The notes beneath the pieces were generated by a model. The model had not been told where the DNA came from, ran no database searches, and saw only the letters and a list, made by a program, of their open reading frames with translations. Below are positions 29,986 to 40,337 of a stretch of DNA of 64,000 nucleotides, piece by piece. Origin of the DNA: an uncultured virus (IMG/VR IMGVR_UViG_3300042448_001291) (lineage: Duplodnaviria > Heunggongvirae > Uroviricota > Caudoviricetes); IMG/VR virus record IMGVR_UViG_3300042448_001291, one strand, 5' to 3'. The position numbers were made by a program, and so were the translations under genes. Numbering within the stretch: position 1 is the first letter of the stretch; each line of letters begins with the position of its first letter.

Positions 29986-31716
29986 ATGGTAAAATATTGT
30001 TATTATTTAAACTTAGAAAGGCGTAAGGATAGAAAAGAACATATTGAGAGCGAACTAAACAAAAGTGAAATATTAAAATCAATCTATAAAAGATTTGATG
30101 CTGTTGATGGATTAACTGTTCACCCAAGATCAATTCCGACTGGATTAATAACACAGAATGCTTTAGAAGATGTTTTATCTGACACAATTAGCGCCTGGGG
30201 TTTATCTTTAACTCAAGGTGGTTTAGGTGTCCTATTGTCATATGTTAAATTATTTGAGGAGATAGCGACCTTGGATGATTTTGCAATTACATTCGAAGAC
30301 GACACTGTTTTAAATGAAAATTTTGATGATGAATTAAGAAAGGTGTTAAATGAATTACCAAAAGATTTTGATATTTGCTATTTGGGTTATGCTGACATGG
30401 ATGTGAAAAAAATCGAATATTCAAATAATTTATCTAGGCCTGACGGTATGGTTGTTTGTTTACCTGCATTAGTTATATCACCAGAAGGGGCTAAAAAAAT
30501 ATTAAGTAAATTAAAAAATATCGACCATCAAATTGATACCGCAATGTATCATATGATGAAGACGTTAAATTGTTTTATCATTAACCATAAATTAGTCAGC
30601 ATTAAAAATCATTTTAGTACTGATATACAAGGTAATAATAATTGTTTAAAAAAATATGAAAAACAAAATTACATTATAGCAACGTTGGCGTTTGGTGATG
30701 ATGCTAATAATAATGCTAGAAAACTAGCCAGGGATTTAAAACATTTTGGTCAAGACATATTAATTGTAACAAACAACAAGGGGTTTTTTAGTGATTTAAG
30801 TAACGTTAAAGAAATAGAATACGTTGGAGATAGATTTTCTTATAATAAAAAATATATTTGTTTTGAAGAAGGTTTTAAATTAAAAGACGCTGTAGTGTAT
30901 ATTGATTCAGATGCTAGAATTTATTACGAAAAATATAAAAACACCTATACTAACTTTTTTGTTAATATTTCTCCTGGTTTTCATTCATCATGGAATTGGG
31001 GTAAAATTGTTAGAGAAAACAGTAGATTTTTTAACAGCATTGATGTTGCAGGTAGGGTTGCTGGTTATGGTGAGTTAGCGTTAGAATTATGTAAAGAAAT
31101 GAATATTGATTATGAATCAGCATATCATTTCCAAGAAGGTATAATTGTTTTAAGTAAGGAAGACGGGAAAGAAAAAATATTGTTAGATACGTGGAAAAAA
31201 TTAGCGATTAAACTAGATCAATATGAAGAAGAAAAAGATGTAAAAAAATTGGGTGTGGGTGAAGGTAATTTAATTGGGTTATCCTTAGTTAATAGTCAAA
31301 TAACTATTAATGGAACGGAAATCTGCGATTTACTTGGTGAAAGTTTAAAGTATAATTTTTGGGGGATATATCGTGAAAAGTATATTAATAATTTCCCAAA
31401 TAGAAAATTAATAAGATCAACTGATAGTGAAATAATTAATGAAGAAACAATTAATGTTAAATTTAAAGATAAAGAAGTTGATTTAACATATTCAATTATG
31501 AAAGATGATGATGTGATGACCTTGATATTTAATTGGAACAGGAAAAACGTTGTTGAATTTTTAGATCACGAGTTTAGGATTGGTGAAACCGTTTATCACT
31601 TCAATAGCGATAAATCCAACGAAATGAATTTTCCGAATAAAAAAGGTTCTATAATAGAGCACACCTACGATTGGTTTGGGGAAAAAGAATGGAAAGAAAT
31701 ATATAGATATGAATAA
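29986..31716 (+). CDS. GT25 glycosyltransferase fused to a second GT-like domain and a C-terminal EHTYDW domain
   Basis: YYLNLERRKDR, RFDAVDG, FEDD; second YIDSD motif. Confidence 0.8.
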   Translation: MVKYCYYLNLERRKDRKEHIESELNKSEILKSIYKRFDAVDGLTVHPRSIPTGLITQNALEDVLSDTISAWGLSLTQGGLGVLLSYVKLFEEIATLDDFAITFEDDTVLNENFDDELRKVLNELPKDFDICYLGYADMDVKKIEYSNNLSRPDGMVVCLPALVISPEGAKKILSKLKNIDHQIDTAMYHMMKTLNCFIINHKLVSIKNHFSTDIQGNNNCLKKYEKQNYIIATLAFGDDANNNARKLARDLKHFGQDILIVTNNKGFFSDLSNVKEIEYVGDRFSYNKKYICFEEGFKLKDAVVYIDSDARIYYEKYKNTYTNFFVNISPGFHSSWNWGKIVRENSRFFNSIDVAGRVAGYGELALELCKEMNIDYESAYHFQEGIIVLSKEDGKEKILLDTWKKLAIKLDQYEEEKDVKKLGVGEGNLIGLSLVNSQITINGTEICDLLGESLKYNFWGIYREKYINNFPNRKLIRSTDSEIINEETINVKFKDKEVDLTYSIMKDDDVMTLIFNWNRKNVVEFLDHEFRIGETVYHFNSDKSNEMNFPNKKGSIIEHTYDWFGEKEWKEIYRYE

Positions 31717-32485
31717 TTTTGCATTTTGTACTTTGGTTTATGGTGAAAAGTATACGAAACTAAGTAAAACATTAATAAACCAAATAACTAACATGGGTTA
31801 TAAAATTTTCGTTTACACGAATAATGTAGAAGCGTTTGAACCAAATGATAACATTATTTTATTAGAATATACCAAATCATATTTTTCTTTTCATGAAAAA
31901 TTAACGGTGGTTAGAGAATGTTTAAAACAATTTGAAACCGCAATATTTTTAGATTCTGATGTTGTTTTAAAGGACATCGACAATCTGGATTTTTTTGAAA
32001 ATATTGATCCTGGATTACATATTTTTGCCACATTTGGGAACATTGGATCAACGTTTTTTTCTGATGATCATCCTAGGTGTGAAAATTTAAATCAAAGAAA
32101 TACAAAGTATGGTAATGCTGGTTTAGAATTGGTGAACACGTTAGGTTATAAATGTAAAAAAGAATACCACCCAGGTATTGAGGAAGAAGCGTACATTGAG
32201 CATTATTTAGAAGGTAGATGGATTGTCAAAAAAGACAATGGTAAAGAAGAAAAGTTTTTTCAAATCTGGGAAAGTATGGTTGATTTTTGTGAAACCTTTG
32301 ATATTAATTTAGGGTACTTAAACACAATTGGTGCAGGAGAGGGTTCGGTTATGTCAATAGCGTGCTATAATAGTGGAATATCTTATAAAGGTATTAGTCC
32401 ATTAGTAACAATAATGAATAGATATTTCATATCAAACTACCAAGAAAAATTGGATGGCACTAAGCCATGGAATATCGCAGGATAA
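31709..32485 (+). CDS. Putative glycosyltransferase (DxD)
   Basis: IFLDSDV; similar to the middle domain of the preceding gene. Confidence 0.65.
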   Translation: MNNFAFCTLVYGEKYTKLSKTLINQITNMGYKIFVYTNNVEAFEPNDNIILLEYTKSYFSFHEKLTVVRECLKQFETAIFLDSDVVLKDIDNLDFFENIDPGLHIFATFGNIGSTFFSDDHPRCENLNQRNTKYGNAGLELVNTLGYKCKKEYHPGIEEEAYIEHYLEGRWIVKKDNGKEEKFFQIWESMVDFCETFDINLGYLNTIGAGEGSVMSIACYNSGISYKGISPLVTIMNRYFISNYQEKLDGTKPWNIAG

Positions 32486-32495
32486 AATTAAAAAT

Positions 32496-33590
32496 ATGTT
32501 TAAAGATTTAGAAATTCACACATTAATATGTAATCGCGACTTAATGTTAGCAATAAACAACTTTAAGTCAATACAAAAATTTGAAGAATTTTCTGAAGTA
32601 CCAGTTATTTTGCATGATGACGGTTCGTTAACTGATTCAGATATTGAGATTCTACAAACAATAAAAAATGTAATTATTATCAGGCGCGCGCATGCTGACG
32701 AATTAATACGTGAATATGTGCAAGACCACCCAAATTGTTTAGAATACAGATTAGGTGATAACAAAATAAATTTATGGCATAAAATAAAATCATTTGATTA
32801 TTGGTTTTTCTCAAAAACAAAGAATGTATTGGGCATGGATACCGATCTTTTATTTTTAAGAAAACCAGAGAACGTTATTGAACTGATAAAAAGTAATACG
32901 CCGTTCTATTATCCAGATATCCAAAGTGCGTATTGTTTTAATGAGCCAAAATCTGAAATTCCGGTAATTGAGAAAGTGAACACTGGGTTAATTTACATTC
33001 CGTCAGAAGAATATTATAGCATTAACGATATTGAAAACGCTTTAAGTAACCTATTAAAAAATGGGATCAACTACTTTCCTTCTTGGATAGAACAGTCAGC
33101 ATATGCTCACATGTTTTATAAGAATGGCAAGTATGTTTCATTGTCTGATCAAAAATATAAAATACCATATTTTCAAAAAGTAGATATCGAAGTAACCGAA
33201 TGTTTACACTTTGTAAGTTATCCCGCAGTTAGGGAAACATATCAAACCTATTTAGAGTACCTTGAATTTGAAACCGGAGACCTAGTGTATGAAACCGAGT
33301 TCACCACAAAATATAAGGAAATTACAATCCCGTCAAATTTTAAAATACATAAAAGCAATGGGGTGTATAATATGACTTACTACTGGGGTTTAGAAGAAAC
33401 ATCACAACAATTTTTAGATCATATTTTTAAAATACATACTGAAGAGGGTGTAATTGAAAAAAAATTACAATCAGATAAAAATGGTTTTTTTATATTCACA
33501 ACAAAATCAAATGTGGTAAAAATAGAACACACATATGATTGGTATGGTGAAAACGAATGGGTTGAAATTGGAGAAATAACACTTTCTTGA
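32496..33590 (+). CDS. Putative glycosyltransferase with C-terminal EHTYDW domain
   Basis: HDDGSL, MDTDLLF, VNTGL, EQS. Confidence 0.7.
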   Translation: MFKDLEIHTLICNRDLMLAINNFKSIQKFEEFSEVPVILHDDGSLTDSDIEILQTIKNVIIIRRAHADELIREYVQDHPNCLEYRLGDNKINLWHKIKSFDYWFFSKTKNVLGMDTDLLFLRKPENVIELIKSNTPFYYPDIQSAYCFNEPKSEIPVIEKVNTGLIYIPSEEYYSINDIENALSNLLKNGINYFPSWIEQSAYAHMFYKNGKYVSLSDQKYKIPYFQKVDIEVTECLHFVSYPAVRETYQTYLEYLEFETGDLVYETEFTTKYKEITIPSNFKIHKSNGVYNMTYYWGLEETSQQFLDHIFKIHTEEGVIEKKLQSDKNGFFIFTTKSNVVKIEHTYDWYGENEWVEIGEITLS

Positions 33591-33609
33591 TATTTATATT
33601 AAAAAAACT

Positions 33610-33846
33610 ATGGCAAAATTTAAAATTATCGGTATTAACGCTTCAGAAGGCGGTTTAACCAAAGAAACAATAGACCAAACTTTTTCATCTAGAGAAGATG
33701 CTCATGCTTATGTAACAACAAATTTTACATGGGATATGTTTGACAATGAAGAAACTGACGAACATTATATGGCGTTAAGGTTTCATCACAATGAAGTTGC
33801 ATACGACTTCTTTCAAATTCATGAAGTTACTGAAGTGGTTGAATAA
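33610..33846 (+). CDS. Hypothetical protein
   Basis: ORF after TATTTATA. Confidence 0.7.
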   Translation: MAKFKIIGINASEGGLTKETIDQTFSSREDAHAYVTTNFTWDMFDNEETDEHYMALRFHHNEVAYDFFQIHEVTEVVE

Positions 33847-33895
33847 CCATTTTAAAAAAAACATAAATCGATAAACCCTACATACATGGACCCTG

Positions 33896-34138
33896 ATGGT
33901 GATAAAGAAAATCAACAAACTAAAAGACAAAACCAACCGTCTAACTTTTTACAAAGATACGTCTCTAATGTTAGCGATGTTCTTTCTCCCATTTGGCTAC
34001 GACGCATTATTCAAGTTAATAATGGATCTGAGTGGTTCATACTGGGTTGCAGATATCGTTTTCTACTCTATTTCAGGTTGTTTTTGGTTGTCTTATATAT
34101 TTCTTACGAAATCATTAAATAAAAAAGAAACCTCCTAA
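33896..34138 (+). CDS. Two-TM membrane protein
   Basis: Two hydrophobic segments; start uncertain. Confidence 0.6.
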   Translation: MVIKKINKLKDKTNRLTFYKDTSLMLAMFFLPFGYDALFKLIMDLSGSYWVADIVFYSISGCFWLSYIFLTKSLNKKETS

Positions 34139-34139
34139 A

Positions 34140-34292
34140 TCAGGAGGTTTTTTTATCTTGTTTCTTTTCTTCAGGTTTTTGTAAACCTTTCTTGGTTTCT
34201 TCTTTGTTAACATAATGGGTTTTTTTTGCCTCTTTATGTTTTTCCATTATTTTTTTCTTTTCTTCATCGGACATGCTAAAGATGCTACTCAT
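34140..34292 (-). CDS. 50-aa charged protein (not in ORF track)
   Basis: MSSIFSMSDEEKKKIMEKHKEAKK...; abuts the upstream gene stop. Confidence 0.5.
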   Translation of the reverse strand: MSSIFSMSDEEKKKIMEKHKEAKKTHYVNKEETKKGLQKPEEKKQDKKTS

Positions 34293-34293
34293 A

Positions 34294-34584
34294 TTATGTT
34301 GTTTTTTGTTTTGTTATTGCGTCGCATTCTAATTTTTTAAATTGCAACTCTTGACATTTTTCGTATTCTTCTTTTTCTTCTAATATTGTTATCATTTTAT
34401 TTAAAATCTCAACAAATAGTTCTAGATCGTTTTCATAACTCAAAACGCTACAAGTAGAAAAGTAATCAAAAATTCCGTCATTGTCAACGCTTTTTAAGTA
34501 GTCAAAAATCATATGTATTTCATTATCGTCATAATTTCCGTTATGTAATATTCTTGTGACTTGTAATAAAAAAGACATCGACAT
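34294..34584 (-). CDS. Hypothetical protein with UVR-like EEYEKC motif
   Basis: ORF after minus-strand TATTTAT. Confidence 0.65.
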   Translation of the reverse strand: MSMSFLLQVTRILHNGNYDDNEIHMIFDYLKSVDNDGIFDYFSTCSVLSYENDLELFVEILNKMITILEEKEEYEKCQELQFKKLECDAITKQKTT

Positions 34585-34601
34585 ATCTATAAATACTTTC
34601 G

Positions 34602-34958
34602 TTAGTGTTCGGTAATTTTTTTCTCTAAGAACCTGAAACATTCGAAAAATCCGTCACATTCAATTTCCTCTCTGGTTTTTTTGGTTTCCTTTGATGGACC
34701 AATGCTAATGCCGTTTGATAACGAAATACAAAAATCCCAATTACTCTTTGAGTACATTTCTATTGTTAAGTAAATTCCATCTCTGTCAAAAAACCAGTAC
34801 AATTTTTTCATATCATACAATTCAAGAGTAGATACGCTTTCGACACCAACATTTGGAAACATGACCTCCGTAAATTTTTTAAATGCCGAAGGATATAAAT
34901 ATTTTATAGAATACCAGTCCAACATATCAATAATATACTCATTTTCAATAAATAACAT
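34602..34958 (-). CDS. Hypothetical protein
   Basis: 118-aa ORF. Confidence 0.65.
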   Translation of the reverse strand: MLFIENEYIIDMLDWYSIKYLYPSAFKKFTEVMFPNVGVESVSTLELYDMKKLYWFFDRDGIYLTIEMYSKSNWDFCISLSNGISIGPSKETKKTREEIECDGFFECFRFLEKKITEH

Positions 34959-34989
34959 ATACTTTTCAAAAAAAACATAATACTTATAA

Positions 34990-35238
34990 ATGTTTATAAT
35001 GAAAATATTAGATTTTAATTACAACGAGGACTCTAGGACACTTTACGTAGAATTTTCTATGCCAGAGGATGGTGATGACTATTATAGAAGTATTTGGCTT
35101 TCGGTAGATGAGATTGAATATTACTCTCCAACAATTTTAAGTGAAAATGATCTATTCTCAATTGAACATGAGTTTATAATAGAGATTTTAACGGGATATT
35201 TTGGGGACAATGATTTACCCGAAGAAAGAACTTTGTGA
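34990..35238 (+). CDS. Acidic hypothetical protein
   Basis: 82-aa ORF. Confidence 0.65.
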   Translation: MFIMKILDFNYNEDSRTLYVEFSMPEDGDDYYRSIWLSVDEIEYYSPTILSENDLFSIEHEFIIEILTGYFGDNDLPEERTL

Positions 35239-35251
35239 TATTTATTAAATT

Positions 35252-35620
35252 ATGGCATTTCTAGAAGATAAACAAAAGGAAAAACTGGATAAGTTCGTTA
35301 AATTCGTTAAGGACCAACTTGAATTAAAGCAGGTACCTAAGATTGTTATCCAGAACGGGCGTAAGGACCTCAAAACAACCGCCAATTACAATTATAACCT
35401 AGATGATAAGGTAATCAAAGTAAACGCCAAAAACAGGATGCTTGTGGACGTAATGAGAAGTATTGCTCACGAAATGGTTCATCACAAGCAATATGAACAA
35501 GGTCGCTTAAAAGTTAAGCCACCAGATATTGGGGGTGAGATTGAGGATGAAGCAAATGCAAAAGCCGGTCAGTTCATCAAAATGTTCTCAAAAGAGGATG
35601 AAACTCTTTATGACGAATAG
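35252..35620 (+). CDS. HExxH metallopeptidase-like protein
   Basis: RSIAHEMVHHKQ...EDEANAKAG. Confidence 0.75.
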   Translation: MAFLEDKQKEKLDKFVKFVKDQLELKQVPKIVIQNGRKDLKTTANYNYNLDDKVIKVNAKNRMLVDVMRSIAHEMVHHKQYEQGRLKVKPPDIGGEIEDEANAKAGQFIKMFSKEDETLYDE

Positions 35621-36181
35621 TTAAAAAGTTAAAACGTAATCTTGTCGCACGATTAGTTTCTCACCACTTGTTATTGCAGGGAAATATGTTGGTAATTGTA
35701 TTTGAAGACCATTTGCGGGTTTCGCAACGTCTGGACCTATAATATTCTTAAAATAAAACCCATTTATTTGTCTTTGAGTGTCTTTATTTATTAAAGCAAA
35801 TTGGCCATAATTATCCGTTAAACAAACCTGATAACTACCTTTCATTCTACCACTTGCATCTTTGATATTAAGTGTTCTATTATTAAATTCCCAAACATAC
35901 CCTAAACCAAAAACAAAACATGGCTCTAGTTGTTTTTGAACTTCTGTCCTTAATATTAAAATACCTTCTGGTGTTTGCCCAATTACACGACAAGATGATA
36001 GTGCGTATAAATCAGGGTTAGTTTCTAATTTAACCGGAGGATTAGAGGTAAATGAAGTTATAACACCCGTAATAATCCTATCACCATCTACTTTAATCAT
36101 GATGTCGGTAGGTTGAGAATACTTCTCACATCCACAAAACAGGACAGGAAACAGTAAAATAACGATTCTTTTCATAAACAC
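35621..36181 (-). CDS. Lipoprotein
   Basis: MKRIVILLFPVLFCGC signal; TACATTTG promoter at ~36196-36203. Confidence 0.7.
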   Translation of the reverse strand: MFMKRIVILLFPVLFCGCEKYSQPTDIMIKVDGDRIITGVITSFTSNPPVKLETNPDLYALSSCRVIGQTPEGILILRTEVQKQLEPCFVFGLGYVWEFNNRTLNIKDASGRMKGSYQVCLTDNYGQFALINKDTQRQINGFYFKNIIGPDVAKPANGLQIQLPTYFPAITSGEKLIVRQDYVLTF

Positions 36182-36258
36182 TTTATTTTATCCCGCAAAT
36201 GTAGGATATTTTATTGATATCAAGTTAAAAATCTTGATTTTTTTTATATTTATAGGTT

Positions 36259-38508
36259 ATGCAGATTCTTATATCAGAGAAACAACTTAAGCACATAATT
36301 TCAAAAATGGCTCTTAATCAAGAGATTAGTGAAGAGGGTGAGGAAGGTGCTGGGGAACCAGAAGCGGGAACTTCCAGTGATGGAGACAAGAAAACAGGTG
36401 CAACAAAGTGGGAAAGTGGTGTAACTAGAGGACCTGCTAATCAAATCGGTGTTACTAAATGGTCTGATATTGTTGGTTCAACATTAAAGAGAGGTAAAGC
36501 GAATCCACTATCAGAACAAGGTGGTGCAACAGAAATCCCTCCGCTTACTGACACATACAAAACATTTTGGGGTGAAACCATTGAATTACCCCGTGACAAA
36601 TATGGTAATGAAGTATATAAAGTAGAGTTATGGAATGCTTCAACAAATAGAGTTAAAGCGTGGAATTTGAATCCGGAAGGGAAATATTATGTAACAAGAA
36701 AGATAAATGGCGAAGATAAACAGTTTACTTACGACGCTCCTTATGAAGGATATCTTAGGAAATTATTTCCAGATGGAACAATTAAGTCAATAACAGACAC
36801 TCGCACTGGTAAAAGGTATGGTACTACAATGTCTATAAATGATTTATCGGAAATAGTTAAAAAGAGAGGTGAAACTGAAAGTTCATTTCCTGCAATGATG
36901 AAAGCAGTTGATTTAAATGTACCAGCAACGTATCAATGGCTGCCAAGATATGGTTATTTTTATTATTCTGATCCGGTACATATGGAAGGTGAGGAATCGT
37001 TTCCTATGATTAAGAAAGCGAAAATTTCAAAAGATTATGATTATTTTAGTAAAACCCCATATACCAGACAAGATGAGGTTAATAGGTACATGAATAGAAA
37101 ATCATATAACGGTTTAGATGTACCGAAAGGTATGGACCCAAACAAGTATGATGAATATGTTTGGAGAAGAAATAAGATAACTGATAATGTTAGCGGTTTT
37201 GATAGTGACGGTAACAAATACTTTGGTTCGATAACTCCTGAACAAGAAAGGATGTTAGCCGATTTAGATAAAGAATATATGAGTCCGGAAGGTGAGGGCG
37301 GTGTTCCAGAATTTAGTTATGGTACCGATGATAAAACTAGAGAAAAATATTTTGAACTTAAGAAAAAATACGAAGATTTTTATAATCCAAAAATAGCGGA
37401 ATTAGAGAAGATAGTGGCTTTTACACCTTCAGAGATAGGTGGTAGTAAGGGTTCTTTTGGTGGCGATGGTTATGTTGAAGATGCTGAATCTAACCCAGCA
37501 TATTATACAGCACTTGGTCAATTGAATAAGTTAAAAAAAGAAAAAGATGAAAAATTAACCAAATTAAAATCAATTTTTGGTTATGATTATCAACATCCAA
37601 GTATATTTGGAAAAGGTTTTGATGAGTTCTGGGATACCTGGGGTACACCTATACAGATCCTTGGTAACATTGCAATTATTGTCGGTAGTGGTGGGCTCGC
37701 TTCGATATTCACTGGTAGTGCGGCGATAACTGCCAGATTATTAGCAGTACCTGTTGCCGATGCTGCGTTCAATGGACTAGTTGCTGCTTATCAAAAAAAT
37801 AGAGGTCAAGATACCGAAGCATTAATATCATTTGTTTGTGCGTTAGTACCAATTGGAAAGTATGGATTTGGTATTGCAAAAGTAAATAAAGAAGTATGTT
37901 TGGAATTAGCAGCAAAAATAAGAAATGAGGGGGCAGGATTGTTTAAGGATATGAACAGATTAGGGGATTTTGTTGCTTTATTAAGTGATGAAGAACGTTA
38001 TATTTTAAGAAATGTGGTGTCATTAGATAAAGAAGTTATTAAGAGTGGTACGGACGAATTTTTAAAAGATTTTAGAACATATGCCGATGTTATGGGTAAA
38101 AAAGTGGTTGCTGCAAGTGTAAAAACTTGGAGACCATATTTCATGAAAGAGTTTGGGTTTGAGGGTGGGTTACCATTAGCCGCAGGAATTTTAAATGGAA
38201 TTTTTAAATTTGTTGAGGATAAAAATAAACAATGGAACTATCCTCCGGAGCAATTAATGTCCATAAAGAAAGCGATAAAAGATGGTATGGACGGTTTAAA
38301 TAGTACAGAAGATTTAGAGAAATTATTATTTGCTAATGACATTGCCAATATGTTAGAAGACCAACAACAAAAAGGGTCAGTTAAAGAGTTGGCTAACGGA
38401 GTTTCTGGGATTTTTGCAAATAAAACATTTAAGAATATGACCGAAGAGGATGTTAAGAGGGTTGATGTAAATTTAAAATTGGTTGAAGATATTAAGGAGA
38501 AGCAATAA
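36259..38508 (+). CDS. Large putative virion protein with leader and hydrophobic C-terminal segments
   Basis: MQILISEKQLKHII; KWESGVTRGPANQI / KWSDIVGSTLKRGKANPL repeat; hydrophobic region at ~aa 460-530. Confidence 0.75.
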   Translation: MQILISEKQLKHIISKMALNQEISEEGEEGAGEPEAGTSSDGDKKTGATKWESGVTRGPANQIGVTKWSDIVGSTLKRGKANPLSEQGGATEIPPLTDTYKTFWGETIELPRDKYGNEVYKVELWNASTNRVKAWNLNPEGKYYVTRKINGEDKQFTYDAPYEGYLRKLFPDGTIKSITDTRTGKRYGTTMSINDLSEIVKKRGETESSFPAMMKAVDLNVPATYQWLPRYGYFYYSDPVHMEGEESFPMIKKAKISKDYDYFSKTPYTRQDEVNRYMNRKSYNGLDVPKGMDPNKYDEYVWRRNKITDNVSGFDSDGNKYFGSITPEQERMLADLDKEYMSPEGEGGVPEFSYGTDDKTREKYFELKKKYEDFYNPKIAELEKIVAFTPSEIGGSKGSFGGDGYVEDAESNPAYYTALGQLNKLKKEKDEKLTKLKSIFGYDYQHPSIFGKGFDEFWDTWGTPIQILGNIAIIVGSGGLASIFTGSAAITARLLAVPVADAAFNGLVAAYQKNRGQDTEALISFVCALVPIGKYGFGIAKVNKEVCLELAAKIRNEGAGLFKDMNRLGDFVALLSDEERYILRNVVSLDKEVIKSGTDEFLKDFRTYADVMGKKVVAASVKTWRPYFMKEFGFEGGLPLAAGILNGIFKFVEDKNKQWNYPPEQLMSIKKAIKDGMDGLNSTEDLEKLLFANDIANMLEDQQQKGSVKELANGVSGIFANKTFKNMTEEDVKRVDVNLKLVEDIKEKQ

Positions 38509-38534
38509 TATTTATATATTAATAAGAACACAAA

Positions 38535-40319
38535 ATGAATAGAAATTTAATTACGGAAATAAAAAACCAAAGAAAACTAATGGGTCTTCTAAATGAAGGT
38601 GTAACAACAAGATTTGTGGAAGGTTTAAAAAGCGTTTTTAGGTTTGGGGAGGCGGAAACCACTAACATATCACTTTTTAGATCTCTATTTAATTCAATGG
38701 ATAGTTCTGTTATTAGTGAATTAGAGCAATTAGGTATTAGAGATTTTGACGCAATGGCTAGAGACATTAAATTACCATATAGAACCGGCGGTCAAATAAA
38801 TCCCGCAAAAAAAATATCGGACGCCATGGCTGAAAAAATTGTGAACGCAATGGAGGGGGTGATATTCAAAGATAAAAAATTTGGTACTTTGGGTGACGCG
38901 GTTGTTGATGCGTTTTTTGATTTAAAGGGCGCTAACGCACTAACAAAACAAAAATATTACCAATTAGTTGGTTATGCGACAAATGGTCAACAAGAAATGA
39001 TGTTGGCATTAAGAAAAGAATTAGAACCCTTTATTGATAAGACATTTTTAGATTTTGCAACTAGTAAATATGTTGCACAAGTTGTTAACAATGTTGCTGA
39101 CGAACCTAGTTTTTGGAAAAAGTTTGTAGGTGGTTTGAGTTCTGGTAATAGTTTATCAAGCCCATTTGCTTTATTCAAAAGGAGTTATGTTACATCATTA
39201 CCATCAAAAGAAACAGACGAATTATTTACTGAATTTTTTGCTTTAGCAAAATCAATTGAAAACAAAATGGCAACAAATAGTGGTGATTATGTTTTTGATC
39301 AAGAGATTCAAAAAATGAATGAAATTTTGGCTAAGATTGCTAGAATTAGACAACAAAACCTTAAGAATCTTTGGGAAAAATGGAGAGACAATGTACCTGC
39401 TTTTATGAAAACAGAAATTGAAAAAACAGGTGGAGCAGAAAGTGAATTATATATAAAATATGTAAAATATTTTGAATCTGTTACTGGACGCGAAACAGGT
39501 AGTAATAAAGTAGGTGAAGTATTAGCAAGACCAGATTATCTTATGTCCAGAATAAAGGCGTTTAAAAAAATATTTATTGCGCCAGCAAAAGGTGAAAAGT
39601 CAGTGGGCCAAAGAATGGGTACAGTATTACAAAGAGTATTTAATGGCGCATTTCTAGGTGATTTTAGAACATATAAAGAAATTGGTGAGGCATATAAAAT
39701 ATTAGGTAGAAGTAATGCGAGAATTGCTGGTCTTATGGTTGCTGAAAGAGCATGGTCTTATTTCTTATATTTTCCAATATTTTACGGATTTCTTCAAACG
39801 TGGCTGGATCTATGGGAAAAAGATGGTGGATATAAAATGAGTCCAGATGGTAAAACACCGGTTCTCGATAAAAATGGTAATCCAATACCAAATAGAAATA
39901 TTTGGGGTGGTGATGGAAAAAAATTCATAAGAGAAAACGAGGAAGGAATAAAAGCGTTTATGGAGGTTTGGGGACAAAATATTTGGGCTGAATACCAATT
40001 TTCTAGTGAAAGCGTGGTGAGAGGTAGATTTATTTCACCAGTAGGTTCAGAAATAATATCACACTTTTTAACCAGACCAGATTACGGTAGTAAAGCGGTC
40101 AATATTACAAAAGAAAAAACTTTTGTTGAGAAGCGACTTGATTCTGCAACCAAGAAATATAATGAGGACGTTGCTAGATTACGAAAACAAATAAGTGATC
40201 TTGATAGCGCGTCAAAAGCAGCAGCAGATAACTTAATTCAAAAAGCAGATAGTATTAAAAGTAGTGTTACTGGTAAAACTGATAAAATAGTTAGTACAAT
40301 TGATAGTGTGGAATTTTAA
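38535..40319 (+). CDS. Large putative virion protein with leader
   Basis: LITEIKNQRKLMGLLNE; one transmembrane-like segment. Confidence 0.75.
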   Translation: MNRNLITEIKNQRKLMGLLNEGVTTRFVEGLKSVFRFGEAETTNISLFRSLFNSMDSSVISELEQLGIRDFDAMARDIKLPYRTGGQINPAKKISDAMAEKIVNAMEGVIFKDKKFGTLGDAVVDAFFDLKGANALTKQKYYQLVGYATNGQQEMMLALRKELEPFIDKTFLDFATSKYVAQVVNNVADEPSFWKKFVGGLSSGNSLSSPFALFKRSYVTSLPSKETDELFTEFFALAKSIENKMATNSGDYVFDQEIQKMNEILAKIARIRQQNLKNLWEKWRDNVPAFMKTEIEKTGGAESELYIKYVKYFESVTGRETGSNKVGEVLARPDYLMSRIKAFKKIFIAPAKGEKSVGQRMGTVLQRVFNGAFLGDFRTYKEIGEAYKILGRSNARIAGLMVAERAWSYFLYFPIFYGFLQTWLDLWEKDGGYKMSPDGKTPVLDKNGNPIPNRNIWGGDGKKFIRENEEGIKAFMEVWGQNIWAEYQFSSESVVRGRFISPVGSEIISHFLTRPDYGSKAVNITKEKTFVEKRLDSATKKYNEDVARLRKQISDLDSASKAAADNLIQKADSIKSSVTGKTDKIVSTIDSVEF

Positions 40320-40337
40320 CAAAAATAGATAAATAAC

